This document shows positions 54,097 through 63,279 of a stretch of 64,000 nt of DNA, piece by piece. The notes under the pieces were generated by a model, which saw nothing but the letters and a program-made list of their open reading frames with translations, made no database searches and was not told the DNA's origin. The DNA comes from Eubacteriales bacterium (lineage in GTDB: Bacteria; Bacillota; Clostridia; Oscillospirales; CAG-272), in NCBI GenBank assembly GCA_045654725.1, contig JAZONX010000042.1, positions 33,805 through 97,804 on the forward strand. The letters run 5' to 3'. Each line of letters starts with the position of its first letter. The first letter of the stretch is position 1. The position numbers were made by a program, and so were the translations under genes.

Positions 54097-54888
54097 CTAT
54101 GCGATATCCTTTTTTTCGTAGTGATAATAAGCAAGCACAATGCCAAAGGCCGACAGAACCGCTCCAACGGTCAAGGAAATAGGCTCAAGACCGCCCTCGG
54201 AGATAATGTGTCCGCTATTCGCGAACCCGAAGGGAGTAAGGTATTTAAGGAACTCAAGATCATCAGTAAGGTTTGCAAGAATGTTCATAAAATAGAAGCC
54301 GAGGCCTATACCGATACCTATAGCAAATCCGCCGCGCTTCAGCAGAGAAGAAAGACCAAAGGTAATAGCCATAATCTCAAGCTGCATCAGGAAATAAGAA
54401 AACAAAATCAAAGCCATCTGTCCAAAATCCGCTTCAACCGATATTGCAAGAGTGCCGAGCATACAGGTGATGAATACCGCAGCATTCACCACGAGAATGT
54501 GGAAAATGCAGAATAAAAGCTTTTCGCTAACAACTCTTCTGCGCGAAACAGGAAGAGTAAGAAGAATCTCGGCGGTGCCTTCGCGTTCCTCCTTGGAGAG
54601 TGCGCTGATGCCAACTATTGCTGCAAGGAGAGCACCACCTATGCCAAGCGTGTTTCCGCACTCGACACCAAAGTATCCCATAAATTCGCCAAAGTTGAGC
54701 TTATCCATGCCGAAGGCATCCGAAAACGCACCCATATCTGCAAACATCTGCCCGATGTCCCCCATTTGAGTCTGCATCTCCGGGTATATAAAAATACAAA
54801 CCCCAAGCACAAAAGCAAGTACCGCAGACCAGATGATAACAGAAAGCTTATTTCGTTTTATTTCATGGAAAAGGAGTGTAATCTTCAT
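54097..54888 (-). CDS. ABC-2 type transporter permease
   Basis: Six TM segments. The start ATG at 54888 lies 1 nt after the ATPase stop. The ORF-track start at 54933 is an extension. Confidence 0.75.
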   Translation of the reverse strand: MKITLLFHEIKRNKLSVIIWSAVLAFVLGVCIFIYPEMQTQMGDIGQMFADMGAFSDAFGMDKLNFGEFMGYFGVECGNTLGIGGALLAAIVGISALSKEEREGTAEILLTLPVSRRRVVSEKLLFCIFHILVVNAAVFITCMLGTLAISVEADFGQMALILFSYFLMQLEIMAITFGLSSLLKRGGFAIGIGIGLGFYFMNILANLTDDLEFLKYLTPFGFANSGHIISEGGLEPISLTVGAVLSAFGIVLAYYHYEKKDIA

Positions 54889-54889
54889 T

Positions 54890-55771
54890 TTATTTTTCCT
54901 CCTTAGCGTAATAATTAATAAATATTTCGTCAAGTTCGGGATCTCCGATATTTACGTCGGTCGGGTTGAGAGCCGAGAGAGTCGAAAGAAGCTCGCTAAC
55001 CTCACCGCTGTAAAGAAAGGAAATTCGCTCGTCCTCCTTCTTTATGTCACTTATTCCGGCAAGCAACGGAAGGTTTGCAACTCCTCTTACGCTAACCTTC
55101 TTCACACCGGTGTGAGCGAGATTGTCAACGCTGTCCGAGAGAAGAATTCCGCCTTCTCTGATAATCGCCGCCTTGTCGCAATATTTCTTTATTTCGGAAA
55201 GCACATGCGATGAGAGGAACACCGTTGCGCCATCTCTGTTACGCTCCTTCAGAATGTTGAAAAATTCCTGCTGCATAAGGGGATCAAGACCGCCCGTGGG
55301 CTCATCAAGAATATACAGACTTGGCTTGTGCTGAAGAGCGCAAATTATAGCGACTTTTTTCTTGTTTCCAAAGGAAAGCTCGTCGATTTTACGCTCGGTA
55401 TCAAGATCAAGCCTCTCGCAGAGCCTTTTGGCCTCCTTGGTACAATCAACACCGCGCATATCAGCGGCAAATTTCAGCATTTCGCCAACCCTCATTCCCT
55501 TCCAGAAGGATGCTATGGAGGGGAGATAACCGATCTCGCGGAGATTTTCGATCTTATGGGTGGTTATATCTCTTCCAAGGATCTCCGCCCTGCCGGATGT
55601 GAGAGATATAAGACCGAGAAGCGTGCGGATAAGGGTCGATTTACCCGCTCCGTTAGGACCGATAAATCCAAAAAACTTGCCTTTCTCTACCGAAAGACTC
55701 ACGCCCTCAATACCGCGTGTCTGACCGTAATATTTTGTAAGTTCGAATGTTTCAATAGCCTTCATAATCAT
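54890..55771 (-). CDS. ABC transporter ATP-binding protein
   Basis: Walker A GPNGAGKST, Q-loop, degenerate signature LSFGNKKKV, Walker B LYILDEPTGGLD. Confidence 0.88.
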   Translation of the reverse strand: MIMKAIETFELTKYYGQTRGIEGVSLSVEKGKFFGFIGPNGAGKSTLIRTLLGLISLTSGRAEILGRDITTHKIENLREIGYLPSIASFWKGMRVGEMLKFAADMRGVDCTKEAKRLCERLDLDTERKIDELSFGNKKKVAIICALQHKPSLYILDEPTGGLDPLMQQEFFNILKERNRDGATVFLSSHVLSEIKKYCDKAAIIREGGILLSDSVDNLAHTGVKKVSVRGVANLPLLAGISDIKKEDERISFLYSGEVSELLSTLSALNPTDVNIGDPELDEIFINYYAKEEK

Positions 55772-56799
55772 TTCATCCCTTCTATCAAAGCTTCGTAAAG
55801 TGCCCGGGTGCCGTCGTTATCTACGTCAGCGATTACAACTTCCTCGCCATCAACAATCATAACAATAGCATCGCCACCACCTGCATAGGTGTAGCGGAGA
55901 TAGTTGCCGAACTCATCATTTTTAAACCAACCGTATAACAGTCTTGCCGAAGCGAAGCCACTAATACGTGTGCCCCCCACTCCGTCCTCGCGATAATCAA
56001 TAGACTCAATATCCGAATAATTAATTTCGGTTCCGCCGCCAAAACTTGCGCCAATTACAAGCCTTTCCTCCTCAAAAGTAAAGTTAAGTTTACCCGTGAA
56101 CGTAATTACGGCCAAAATTATGACAACCACTGCCGAAGCAAGAACGGAGAAAATTATGGTTTTCTTGTTACTTTTTTTCTCAATAATCTCGGCTTCGCCC
56201 GAGGCAAGCTGCTTCTTATAATAGCGATAGGAGTAGACTACGGAAGAAATAACTACGGCAAGCATTATCAACGTGAATGCTATAAAGAAAAGTATATCGG
56301 GGAGAAATACTGTAAATAGCATCACAACACCCATAACCACCCAAAGCTTACCTGTAAATCGGTGAGTGGCGTTCCAATTTTCTTCGTTTTCCAGTGTCCA
56401 CTTTATCTTAATTCCGAAGGTGTGATTTTGACGTGCCTTAGGCATATAATTGCCAAAAACAATAAACAAAATACCAAGAAACGGCGCTGTAATAACCGTC
56501 AGGCTGAACTCGTAGCCCATCGCAATTGCCAGCATAATCGCACCAACGTAGAGCGATATTATCGGAGCAATCGAATATATAAGAGTCGTTATTTTTCTTC
56601 CCTGCTCATGCTTCTGCCTCGACTCAATAAAAAGGCAAAAAATATGAGTAACAAGCATAATTATCGGCATTATGAAGAAAACTCCCATAAAATCATCCGC
56701 AAATATTCCACCCCTCGCCTTCACGGGAATTGCGAAAAGCATAGGCAGTAATATAATTATGGAAGAAAATAAAAATTTCCACTTGTTATTTTTAATCAT
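55768..56799 (-). CDS. SdpI/YhfL-family membrane protein with C-terminal PH-like domain
   Basis: SdpI signature GNYMPKARQNHTFGIKIKWTLENEENWNATHRFTGKLW. Start and stop overlap both neighbours (8 bp and 4 bp). Confidence 0.7.
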   Translation of the reverse strand: MIKNNKWKFLFSSIIILLPMLFAIPVKARGGIFADDFMGVFFIMPIIMLVTHIFCLFIESRQKHEQGRKITTLIYSIAPIISLYVGAIMLAIAMGYEFSLTVITAPFLGILFIVFGNYMPKARQNHTFGIKIKWTLENEENWNATHRFTGKLWVVMGVVMLFTVFLPDILFFIAFTLIMLAVVISSVVYSYRYYKKQLASGEAEIIEKKSNKKTIIFSVLASAVVVIILAVITFTGKLNFTFEEERLVIGASFGGGTEINYSDIESIDYREDGVGGTRISGFASARLLYGWFKNDEFGNYLRYTYAGGGDAIVMIVDGEEVVIADVDNDGTRALYEALIEGMK

Positions 56800-57088
56800 T
56801 TTTATCTCCTTTCAGACCAGTTACAAAGAACAATATGTCCTCCAAAACCGAGGTATTAATCTCGTAAAAAATAAACTTTCCCTCTCGCTTATCGCGAATT
56901 AGATCGGCTTCCTTCAACACCGAGAGATGCCTGGAAATCGAGGCGCCGGTAACGTCAAATTTCGCCACTATATCACCGGCTGACATTCTTCCGCCCTTCA
57001 ACATCTCAAGTATTTCTCTTCTCGTCGGGTCGGACAGTGCCTTAAGAGTTGCTTGTAAGCTCAATTTACTTCTCCCTTCATTTAACAT
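56792..57088 (-). CDS. ArsR/SdpR-family transcriptional repressor
   Basis: wHTH pattern LKALSDPTRREILEML...SAGDIVAKFDVTGASISRHLSVLKEADLI. The start may instead be TTG at 57064, which has a GGGAG RBS 7 nt upstream; the ATG at 57088 has no SD. Confidence 0.85.
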   Translation of the reverse strand: MLNEGRSKLSLQATLKALSDPTRREILEMLKGGRMSAGDIVAKFDVTGASISRHLSVLKEADLIRDKREGKFIFYEINTSVLEDILFFVTGLKGDKND

Positions 57089-57108
57089 TTAAACTAATTG
57101 TTAAATGT
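57085..57108. promoter_or_regulatory. inverted repeat, candidate ArsR/SdpR operator
   Basis: ACATTTAA (57085-57092), 8-nt gap, TTAAATGT (57101-57108), immediately downstream of the -10 box. Confidence 0.5.
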
Positions 57109-57138
57109 ATTATATCATACGCCATACTTACCTGTCAA
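57109..57138 (-). promoter_or_regulatory. sigmaA promoter (TG-extended) of the ArsR-SdpI-ABC operon
   Basis: On the minus strand: TTGACA (57138-57133), 18-bp spacer ending in TGA, TATAAT (57114-57109). Confidence 0.65.
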
Positions 57139-57169
57139 GTGCTTATACATAAAAACAAAAAGTTTTCGC

Positions 57170-57210
57170 AAAAAAACCTTCCCTAAAATAAATTAAGGAA
57201 GGTTTTTGAT
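57170..57210. terminator. terminator downstream of pmbA
   Basis: Stem AACCTTCC (57175-57182) / GGAAGGTT (57197-57204) with A- and T-runs on both sides. Confidence 0.7.
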
Positions 57211-57223
57211 TTTTTATTAAATA

Positions 57224-58567
57224 TTATACGCCTGCAACAGACATATCGTGAATAAGCACTGCGGGTGCGCCGAAGGTGGTAAATCCACCGGTTACTGCAA
57301 CCTCAACCTTGTCGGAGAGAGCCGCGATGTCCTTGATAAGCTGGAAGAAGTTGCCTGCGATAGTGAAGGTCTTAACAGCCTCACCGAGCTTGCCGTCAAC
57401 AATCTTGTAGCCTGCAGACTCAAGAGAAAAATCACCCGTAATGGGGTTTGCGCCTGCGTGAAGGCCCTTTAGCTCGGTAACGTAAATTCCGTTGCCTGCC
57501 ATAGCAAAAAGCTCATCTTCAGTGTACTCGCCTGCCTCGAGGCAGAAGGCGTAAGGGCTTACCGCAACGGGAGAAGCGTAACTTCCCTTGCTAGCATTTC
57601 CCGTGCTACTTACACCTGCCGTGGCAGCTGTTTCTCTGTTGTGAAGTAGTGTCTTAAGCACGCCGCCCTCAATAACCGACTTGCGATATGCCGCAACACC
57701 CTCGGCGTCGAAGTTTGTCTGGATAGAAACGCTATCGCGCATGGGATCGTCGGTGATATTGATAATGTCAGCGGCAATCTTCTCGCCCTCCTTACCTGCA
57801 AGGAGCGACATACCCATCTGCGCCATTTTAGCCGAAAATGCAGAGGAGTAAACCGAGAGAATCGTTCTCATCTGCTTCGCGGAGAGAACAACGTTGTATT
57901 TGCCCGACTCAACAGAGCCTGCATTCACCTTGGAAAGTGCCTTTTCAACTGTTTCTGTCGCAAAAGCCTTGAGATCAAGCTCACCATTAAGCTCCTTGAT
58001 GCCGTAATCGCTCTCGTGTTTGCCGTCGTCGCAAATTACAGCCTGAAGCTGAAGCGCATTGATACCGCACTTGGTGGAGAGATCAAGTCCGTGGGAATTG
58101 GAGAGGCGAATTTCAAAGCCCGCTGTTATACCGTAGGTCGCAGTACCGTCCGCAACCTTGTCGCTGGCATTGTAGATCTCGTCTGCAAGAGAAGCGGTAA
58201 GCTTCTTAAGCTCGCCTGCACCGGCAGCCATAAAGCCATTGTTCTTAAGCTCCGCATAGGACTCCGAGCCCTTGAAGATACCAACGGTATCGGGCTTTTC
58301 GGTAGCAGTCGCGTTAGCCTTTGCGCGAGAAACGAGCGCTCTCATCTCCCCCTCTTCCATAAGCTCGCTTGATGCGTAGCCTATCTTACCGTCGTGAAGC
58401 ACGCGAAGACAAATTCCGCCGCTGTTTCCCGAAGAGAAGGAGTTAGGCTCTCTGTTGAGGGTATCAACCGAAAGCTCCTCGCTGGACATGTAGTAAATTT
58501 CATATTCGTTTACGCCCTGAAGCTTCGCTTCGGACTCTATTGCATTTTTGAGTAACTGGTAATTCAT
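57224..58567 (-). CDS. pmbA: PmbA/TldE-family metalloprotease subunit
   Basis: 447 aa in the TldD/PmbA fold family, without HExxxH. Sits immediately downstream of tldD with a 1-nt gap. Confidence 0.85.
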   Translation of the reverse strand: MNYQLLKNAIESEAKLQGVNEYEIYYMSSEELSVDTLNREPNSFSSGNSGGICLRVLHDGKIGYASSELMEEGEMRALVSRAKANATATEKPDTVGIFKGSESYAELKNNGFMAAGAGELKKLTASLADEIYNASDKVADGTATYGITAGFEIRLSNSHGLDLSTKCGINALQLQAVICDDGKHESDYGIKELNGELDLKAFATETVEKALSKVNAGSVESGKYNVVLSAKQMRTILSVYSSAFSAKMAQMGMSLLAGKEGEKIAADIINITDDPMRDSVSIQTNFDAEGVAAYRKSVIEGGVLKTLLHNRETAATAGVSSTGNASKGSYASPVAVSPYAFCLEAGEYTEDELFAMAGNGIYVTELKGLHAGANPITGDFSLESAGYKIVDGKLGEAVKTFTIAGNFFQLIKDIAALSDKVEVAVTGGFTTFGAPAVLIHDMSVAGV

Positions 58568-58568
58568 C

Positions 58569-59954
58569 TTATCTACCTCCTACTGTAATCTTGGAAACCC
58601 TAATGAGAGGCTGACCAACGTCTGTGGGAACACTGCCCGAGGAGCTACCGCACATACCCTGACCTGTTGCAAGATTCTGACCGACCATATCGATGTCCTG
58701 AAGAATCTGCGAGCCGTTGCCGATAAGAGAAGCTCCGCGAACAGCCTCGCAAATCTTACCATTTCTAACGATATATCCCTCGTTAACCGCAAAGTTGAAG
58801 TCGCCCGTGAGAGGATTTACAGAACCGCCGCCCATAGACTTCGCATAAAGACCGTATTCGATGGATGCGATGATATCCTCGTTCTTGTCGGGTCCGTTGT
58901 CGATAAATGTATTTGTCATTCGAGATGTAGGCTCGTAGGTGTAGCTCTCTCTTCTCGAGTTGCCCGTCATAGGCATACCCATTCTGCGAGAGCCGAGGCG
59001 GTCAACCATATAGGATTTGAGAACTCCGTTCTCAATGAGAACGTTGCGCTGGGTGGGATTACCCTCGTCGTCGATATTTACAGAGCCCCTGGCATTAGGA
59101 ATTGTGCCGTCGTCAATAGCCGTAACCTTCTCATTCGCGATCTTCTGACCGAGCTTGCCGCACATCTGGGAGCGACCTGTACCAACGCTGGTAGCCTCGA
59201 GCGAGTGACCGCATGCCTCGTGGAAGATTACGCCACCAAAGCCGTTTTCGATAGCAACGGGCATCTGTCCTGCAGGACAGTAATCTGCTTCAAGGTTGGT
59301 AATAGCCTGAGCAGCCGCGGTTCTGCCGATCTCCTCGGGCGGGAACATCTCAAACATCTCAAGACCCATACCACGTCCGGGAGAGCAGGAGCCATTCTGG
59401 TTCTCACCACCGGAGGATGCAACCGCGCTCACAGCCATTCTCGTTCTAATATGGCGATCGGTCTTGAAGAGCCCCTCGGTGTTTGCTATCTGAATAGTGT
59501 GATCAACGCAAATAAGGTTGCCCACAGACTGAACAATGCGCTTGTCGTAGGCTCTCGCTGCATCGGTAGCAAGACGGAGAAGGTCGCACTTTGCCTTCAT
59601 TTCAGCTTCAACGGGATTAATCTTTACAGGATGAATATCCGCAACTGCGGTGGGCTTAAGAACGATATTCATCTCACCGCTTCCCTCACCCATCGCCTCT
59701 GCAACGGATCGTGCGCATCTGATAAGACCCTCACGAGAGAGATCCGAGGTCGAGCCGTAAACCGTTCTCGTGCCGAGAAAGGCGCGGATACCAACACCTG
59801 AAACGGTGTTATCAGAAATTGCGTCAATTCTGCCGCTTAAGAGGGTGATATTACCATTTCTTGTAAGTTCCCAATATACTTCAGCAAAGTCAGCACCGGT
59901 AGATGTGGCAATGCCTAAAATTTCTTCGATAATTTTCTGGTTTGTAATAGACAT
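58569..59954 (-). CDS. tldD: TldD-family metalloprotease
   Basis: HEACGH zinc-binding motif and GxC-rich C-terminus. Start trimmed to MSITNQK at 59954. Confidence 0.88.
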   Translation of the reverse strand: MSITNQKIIEEILGIATSTGADFAEVYWELTRNGNITLLSGRIDAISDNTVSGVGIRAFLGTRTVYGSTSDLSREGLIRCARSVAEAMGEGSGEMNIVLKPTAVADIHPVKINPVEAEMKAKCDLLRLATDAARAYDKRIVQSVGNLICVDHTIQIANTEGLFKTDRHIRTRMAVSAVASSGGENQNGSCSPGRGMGLEMFEMFPPEEIGRTAAAQAITNLEADYCPAGQMPVAIENGFGGVIFHEACGHSLEATSVGTGRSQMCGKLGQKIANEKVTAIDDGTIPNARGSVNIDDEGNPTQRNVLIENGVLKSYMVDRLGSRRMGMPMTGNSRRESYTYEPTSRMTNTFIDNGPDKNEDIIASIEYGLYAKSMGGGSVNPLTGDFNFAVNEGYIVRNGKICEAVRGASLIGNGSQILQDIDMVGQNLATGQGMCGSSSGSVPTDVGQPLIRVSKITVGGR

Positions 59955-60048
59955 ATTTTCGCTCCTTTTCGTATTTATCATATATTCTTCTAATTATATC
60001 ATACCATAAATATTTTGCACATTCAATAGATTTACAACATTTTTATAA

Positions 60049-60081
60049 TTGACAGGTGTAAATTTGTTGACAAACAGGTGT
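60049..60081. promoter_or_regulatory. direct repeats TTGACA..ACAGGTGT x2, candidate TetR operator in the divergent tldD/tetR region
   Basis: ACAGGTGT occurs at 60052-60059 and at 60074-60081, 22 bp apart. Each copy is preceded by TTGACA. Confidence 0.35.
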
Positions 60082-60098
60082 TTTTTGCAAAAAAACTC

Positions 60099-60127
60099 TT
60101 GACAATTATAACGAACAGCTATATAAT
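60099..60127 (+). promoter_or_regulatory. consensus sigmaA promoter of the TetR gene
   Basis: TTGACA (60099-60104), 17-bp spacer, TATAAT (60122-60127). Confidence 0.7.
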
Positions 60128-60165
60128 ACTGTACGAAAATGTTTTTTTACTAAAGGATAAGTAAT

Positions 60166-60744
60166 ATGGCAAATAAAGAAGACCTCAGAGTAAGAAGAAC
60201 GAAGGCAGCTCTTGCAGACGCATTTATTAAGCTCTTAGAGCAGAAAACCTTTGATGAAATAACCATAAATGAGCTCTGCGACAAGGCTGACGTCAGACGC
60301 GCAACCTTCTACAAACACTATGCCGATAAGAATTCATTCCTCAAGGCATATATCTACGGATTGCGCGACAGATTTGATACGCTTATCTGGAAGTCCTCGA
60401 AGCCTACCGCAACGGTAGATTACTACGTTTCCTATGCGAGAAGCGTAATTGAGTTTATTAACGAGCACGAAACCGCCATTAACAACATACTGGACAGCAG
60501 TCTTTTCCCATCTGCACTGTCCATAATCATGGAGCAAAATTACAGTGATACCTGCGACCGTCTTCGCGCTAGTGTTGCGGCAGGTATGCAGCTTAACGCT
60601 TCGGTTGAGGTTACCGCAGGAGTATGTGCAGGCGGTGTTTCGAGCACTATATATGTATGGCTCAAGAATGGAAAGCCTCTCTCGGCCGATGAGCTTGCCG
60701 ACGAGGTTGGAGCGATCGTTTCCGCAGCAATTTCAAAGAAATAA
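60166..60744 (+). CDS. TetR/AcrR-family transcriptional regulator
   Basis: N-terminal HTH FDEITINELCDKADVRRATFYKHYADK. 192 aa. Confidence 0.88.
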   Translation: MANKEDLRVRRTKAALADAFIKLLEQKTFDEITINELCDKADVRRATFYKHYADKNSFLKAYIYGLRDRFDTLIWKSSKPTATVDYYVSYARSVIEFINEHETAINNILDSSLFPSALSIIMEQNYSDTCDRLRASVAAGMQLNASVEVTAGVCAGGVSSTIYVWLKNGKPLSADELADEVGAIVSAAISKK

Positions 60745-60748
60745 ATAT

Positions 60749-60779
60749 AAAAGGCTGTCTAAAAAAGACAGCCTTTTTT
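60749..60779. terminator. bidirectional terminator (tetR / pgsA)
   Basis: Stem GGCTGTCT (60753-60760) / AGACAGCC (60766-60773) with an AAAAA loop, followed by TTTTTT. Confidence 0.8.
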
Positions 60780-60794
60780 GGTGGCGAACAGCCG

Positions 60795-61394
60795 TTAATT
60801 GTTTGTATCTATGTAAGGCATATATGCCTTGAGATAATCAATTCCGGAGAAGAGTGTGGTAAAGCCCATAATCGCCATACAAGCGTATGAGAGATAATGA
60901 TTTTCCGAGAAGAAAGGAATTATCGGCTCAACGATTAGAACAACGGTACCAACCATCTGCGAAACCGTCTTGATTTTACCAAGCATACTTGCCGCAACAA
61001 CTATGCCACTCTTACCTGCAACAACAAGACGAAGGCTGGTAACACCAAGCTCACGAAGGAGAATTACAAGCACTACCCAAACGAAGACCATAGCAAGCGG
61101 AGTTTCGCCGCGAAGCATCATCCACACGAGAATGGAAATCATCGAGGAAAGTACCATAAACTTATCCGCGAGAGGGTCGATGAACTTACCGAAATCGGTC
61201 ACGAGGTTATACTTTCTCGCAATCTTGCCGTCAAGCATATCGGTAAGCGCGGTTAGTGCATAAACTATCGCGGGAACAATGTATCCCCACACGCCTGCGT
61301 CTCGCATGAAAAGAAGAGTCGCAACGAACACGGGAACCAAAAGACATCTGATCAAAGAAAGTGTATTTGGAACGTTTAGAGCTGTTTTTTTCAT
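60795..61394 (-). CDS. pgsA: CDP-diacylglycerol--glycerol-3-phosphate 3-phosphatidyltransferase
   Basis: CDP-alcohol phosphatidyltransferase motif DMLDGKIARKYNLVTDFGKFIDPLADK. Confidence 0.88.
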   Translation of the reverse strand: MKKTALNVPNTLSLIRCLLVPVFVATLLFMRDAGVWGYIVPAIVYALTALTDMLDGKIARKYNLVTDFGKFIDPLADKFMVLSSMISILVWMMLRGETPLAMVFVWVVLVILLRELGVTSLRLVVAGKSGIVVAASMLGKIKTVSQMVGTVVLIVEPIIPFFSENHYLSYACMAIMGFTTLFSGIDYLKAYMPYIDTNN

Positions 61395-61396
61395 TT

Positions 61397-62725
61397 TTAT
61401 TCTCCTTTGGCAACGCCAATTAAATCATAATCGAGCGCCTCGGTGATCTCAACCTCAACGAAGCTGCCGGCTTTAACTATTTTGTCTGACTTAAAGTAAA
61501 TTCTTCCGTCTACGTCGGGCGCATCCGCATAGGAACGGCCGTGATAAACCTCAGCAATTTTATCATATCCGTCGCAAAGAACGGTGATAACTCTACCGAT
61601 TTTCTCGGCATTTTTCTCCTCTGCAACGGTGAGTTGTGTCTGCATAAGAACGTCGTATCTGTCCTGTTTTACCTGCTCGTCAATCTGGTCATCCATCTCG
61701 GCGGCTTTTGTTCCCTCCTCGGGAGAAAAGGTAAATGCACCGAAGCGATCGAATCTCGCCTCCTTCACAAACTCGCAGAGCTCTACGAAGTCCTCCTCGG
61801 TCTCACCGGGGAAACCAACCATCGCGGTGGTGCGAAGAATAATTCCGGGAACGCTCTCGCGAAGCTTGCGAATCGCCTCCTTGATAAGCTCCTTCCCACC
61901 GTGTCTGTTCATCCTGCGAAGCACCGAATCCGAGATGTGCTGAATAGGAATATCCATATAATTAACCAAACGGTCGTTAGTTTTAAATTCCTCAATAAGC
62001 TCGTCGGTGATCTTATCAGGATAACAATAGAGGAGTCTAATCCAGGGAATAGTCGTTTCCTCGGTTATGGCGCGAACGAGTTTTGCAAGACTGTACTCTC
62101 CGTAGAGGTCGAGTCCGTATCTTGTTGTATCCTGGGCAATAAGGTTGATTTCCTTAACACCCATCGCCTCGAGGTCGCGCGCCTCGGCAACGATATCCTC
62201 GATAGGACGGCTTCTGTGCTTGCCACGAATCAGGGGAATCGCGCAGTATGTACAGAGATTGTCGCAGCCCTCGGATACCTTGAGATAAGCGGTGTGCGGC
62301 TCGGTGGTGATAATTCTCTCGCCACCAAGAGGTGCGCTCTCCTTATCTCTAAAGGATGTGTATTTTTCGCCACGCATAACCGCCGTGCATGCCTCTGCAA
62401 TATCGCAAAGACTACCGATACCAACCATAGCATCAATCTCGGGCAGCTCCTTCATTACCTCCTCGCGATACCTCTCAACAAGGCAACCGGTGGCAATAAT
62501 GTGACGGCATTTGCCCCACTTTTTCAGCTCGGCAGCATCTAGAATATTGTCAATTGCCTCCTGCTTCGCGCTCTCAATGAAGCCGCAGGTGTTAATAACG
62601 ATAATTTCCGCCTCTTCTTCATTGGGAGTGATCTCAAATCCGGCGGAATGAAGATTGTGAAGCATCACCTCAGTGTCCACAAGATTTTTGCAGCAACCAA
62701 GGGATATAAAGCCAACTTTAATCAT
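61397..62725 (-). CDS. rimO: ribosomal protein S12 methylthiotransferase
   Basis: MTTase N-domain SLGCCKN, radical SAM motif CDNLCTYC, and C-terminal TRAM. 442 aa. Confidence 0.85.
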   Translation of the reverse strand: MIKVGFISLGCCKNLVDTEVMLHNLHSAGFEITPNEEEAEIIVINTCGFIESAKQEAIDNILDAAELKKWGKCRHIIATGCLVERYREEVMKELPEIDAMVGIGSLCDIAEACTAVMRGEKYTSFRDKESAPLGGERIITTEPHTAYLKVSEGCDNLCTYCAIPLIRGKHRSRPIEDIVAEARDLEAMGVKEINLIAQDTTRYGLDLYGEYSLAKLVRAITEETTIPWIRLLYCYPDKITDELIEEFKTNDRLVNYMDIPIQHISDSVLRRMNRHGGKELIKEAIRKLRESVPGIILRTTAMVGFPGETEEDFVELCEFVKEARFDRFGAFTFSPEEGTKAAEMDDQIDEQVKQDRYDVLMQTQLTVAEEKNAEKIGRVITVLCDGYDKIAEVYHGRSYADAPDVDGRIYFKSDKIVKAGSFVEVEITEALDYDLIGVAKGE

Positions 62726-62754
62726 ATTTGACTACCATTCTTTACATTTTAGTC

Positions 62755-63279
62755 TTATTTTAGTAAACTTTTTATTCTCGGCCTTAGTTTATCGTAATAA
62801 AAACGCACCATAACCGTAATAAAATAATCATACGCAACAAACGCCACGTTCATTAGGACATACACGACAACGGTCATAATCATAGTTTCCTCTCCAAAGA
62901 AAGGAACGCCGAAAATGAACTCGCAAGCCAGAAATAGAAGCCAGATTACCGCATTGATATAAACAAGCTTAACTATAAGCCAGCTCCACTTCGGCAGACG
63001 CTCAATATAGGATTTTATCAGCGGGTAAATGCCGAAAACAAGCAAATATTCCACCCAAACGATGCTACCCGTATACAAAAGTGCGGTAGCAAGCGAAGTG
63101 CAAATCCACACTAGCCAGGGGTAATACGAGCCGATTTCGAGATATATGAAAACCACAAGAAGGGATGCCAAAGCACAAACCGTCAGGTCCAGCACCTCTA
63201 TCGTTGCCCCGATTATCATAAACACCGTTCCGAGAGCCACCATCATGGCAGAGAGCGTAACTTTTTTCGTCTGACTCAT
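62755..63279 (-). CDS. polytopic membrane protein (about 5-6 TM), unknown function, translationally coupled to the J-domain gene
   Basis: The start ATG at 63279 overlaps the upstream TGA (ATGA). The ORF-track start at 63315 is an extension. Confidence 0.6.
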   Translation of the reverse strand: MSQTKKVTLSAMMVALGTVFMIIGATIEVLDLTVCALASLLVVFIYLEIGSYYPWLVWICTSLATALLYTGSIVWVEYLLVFGIYPLIKSYIERLPKWSWLIVKLVYINAVIWLLFLACEFIFGVPFFGEETMIMTVVVYVLMNVAFVAYDYFITVMVRFYYDKLRPRIKSLLK

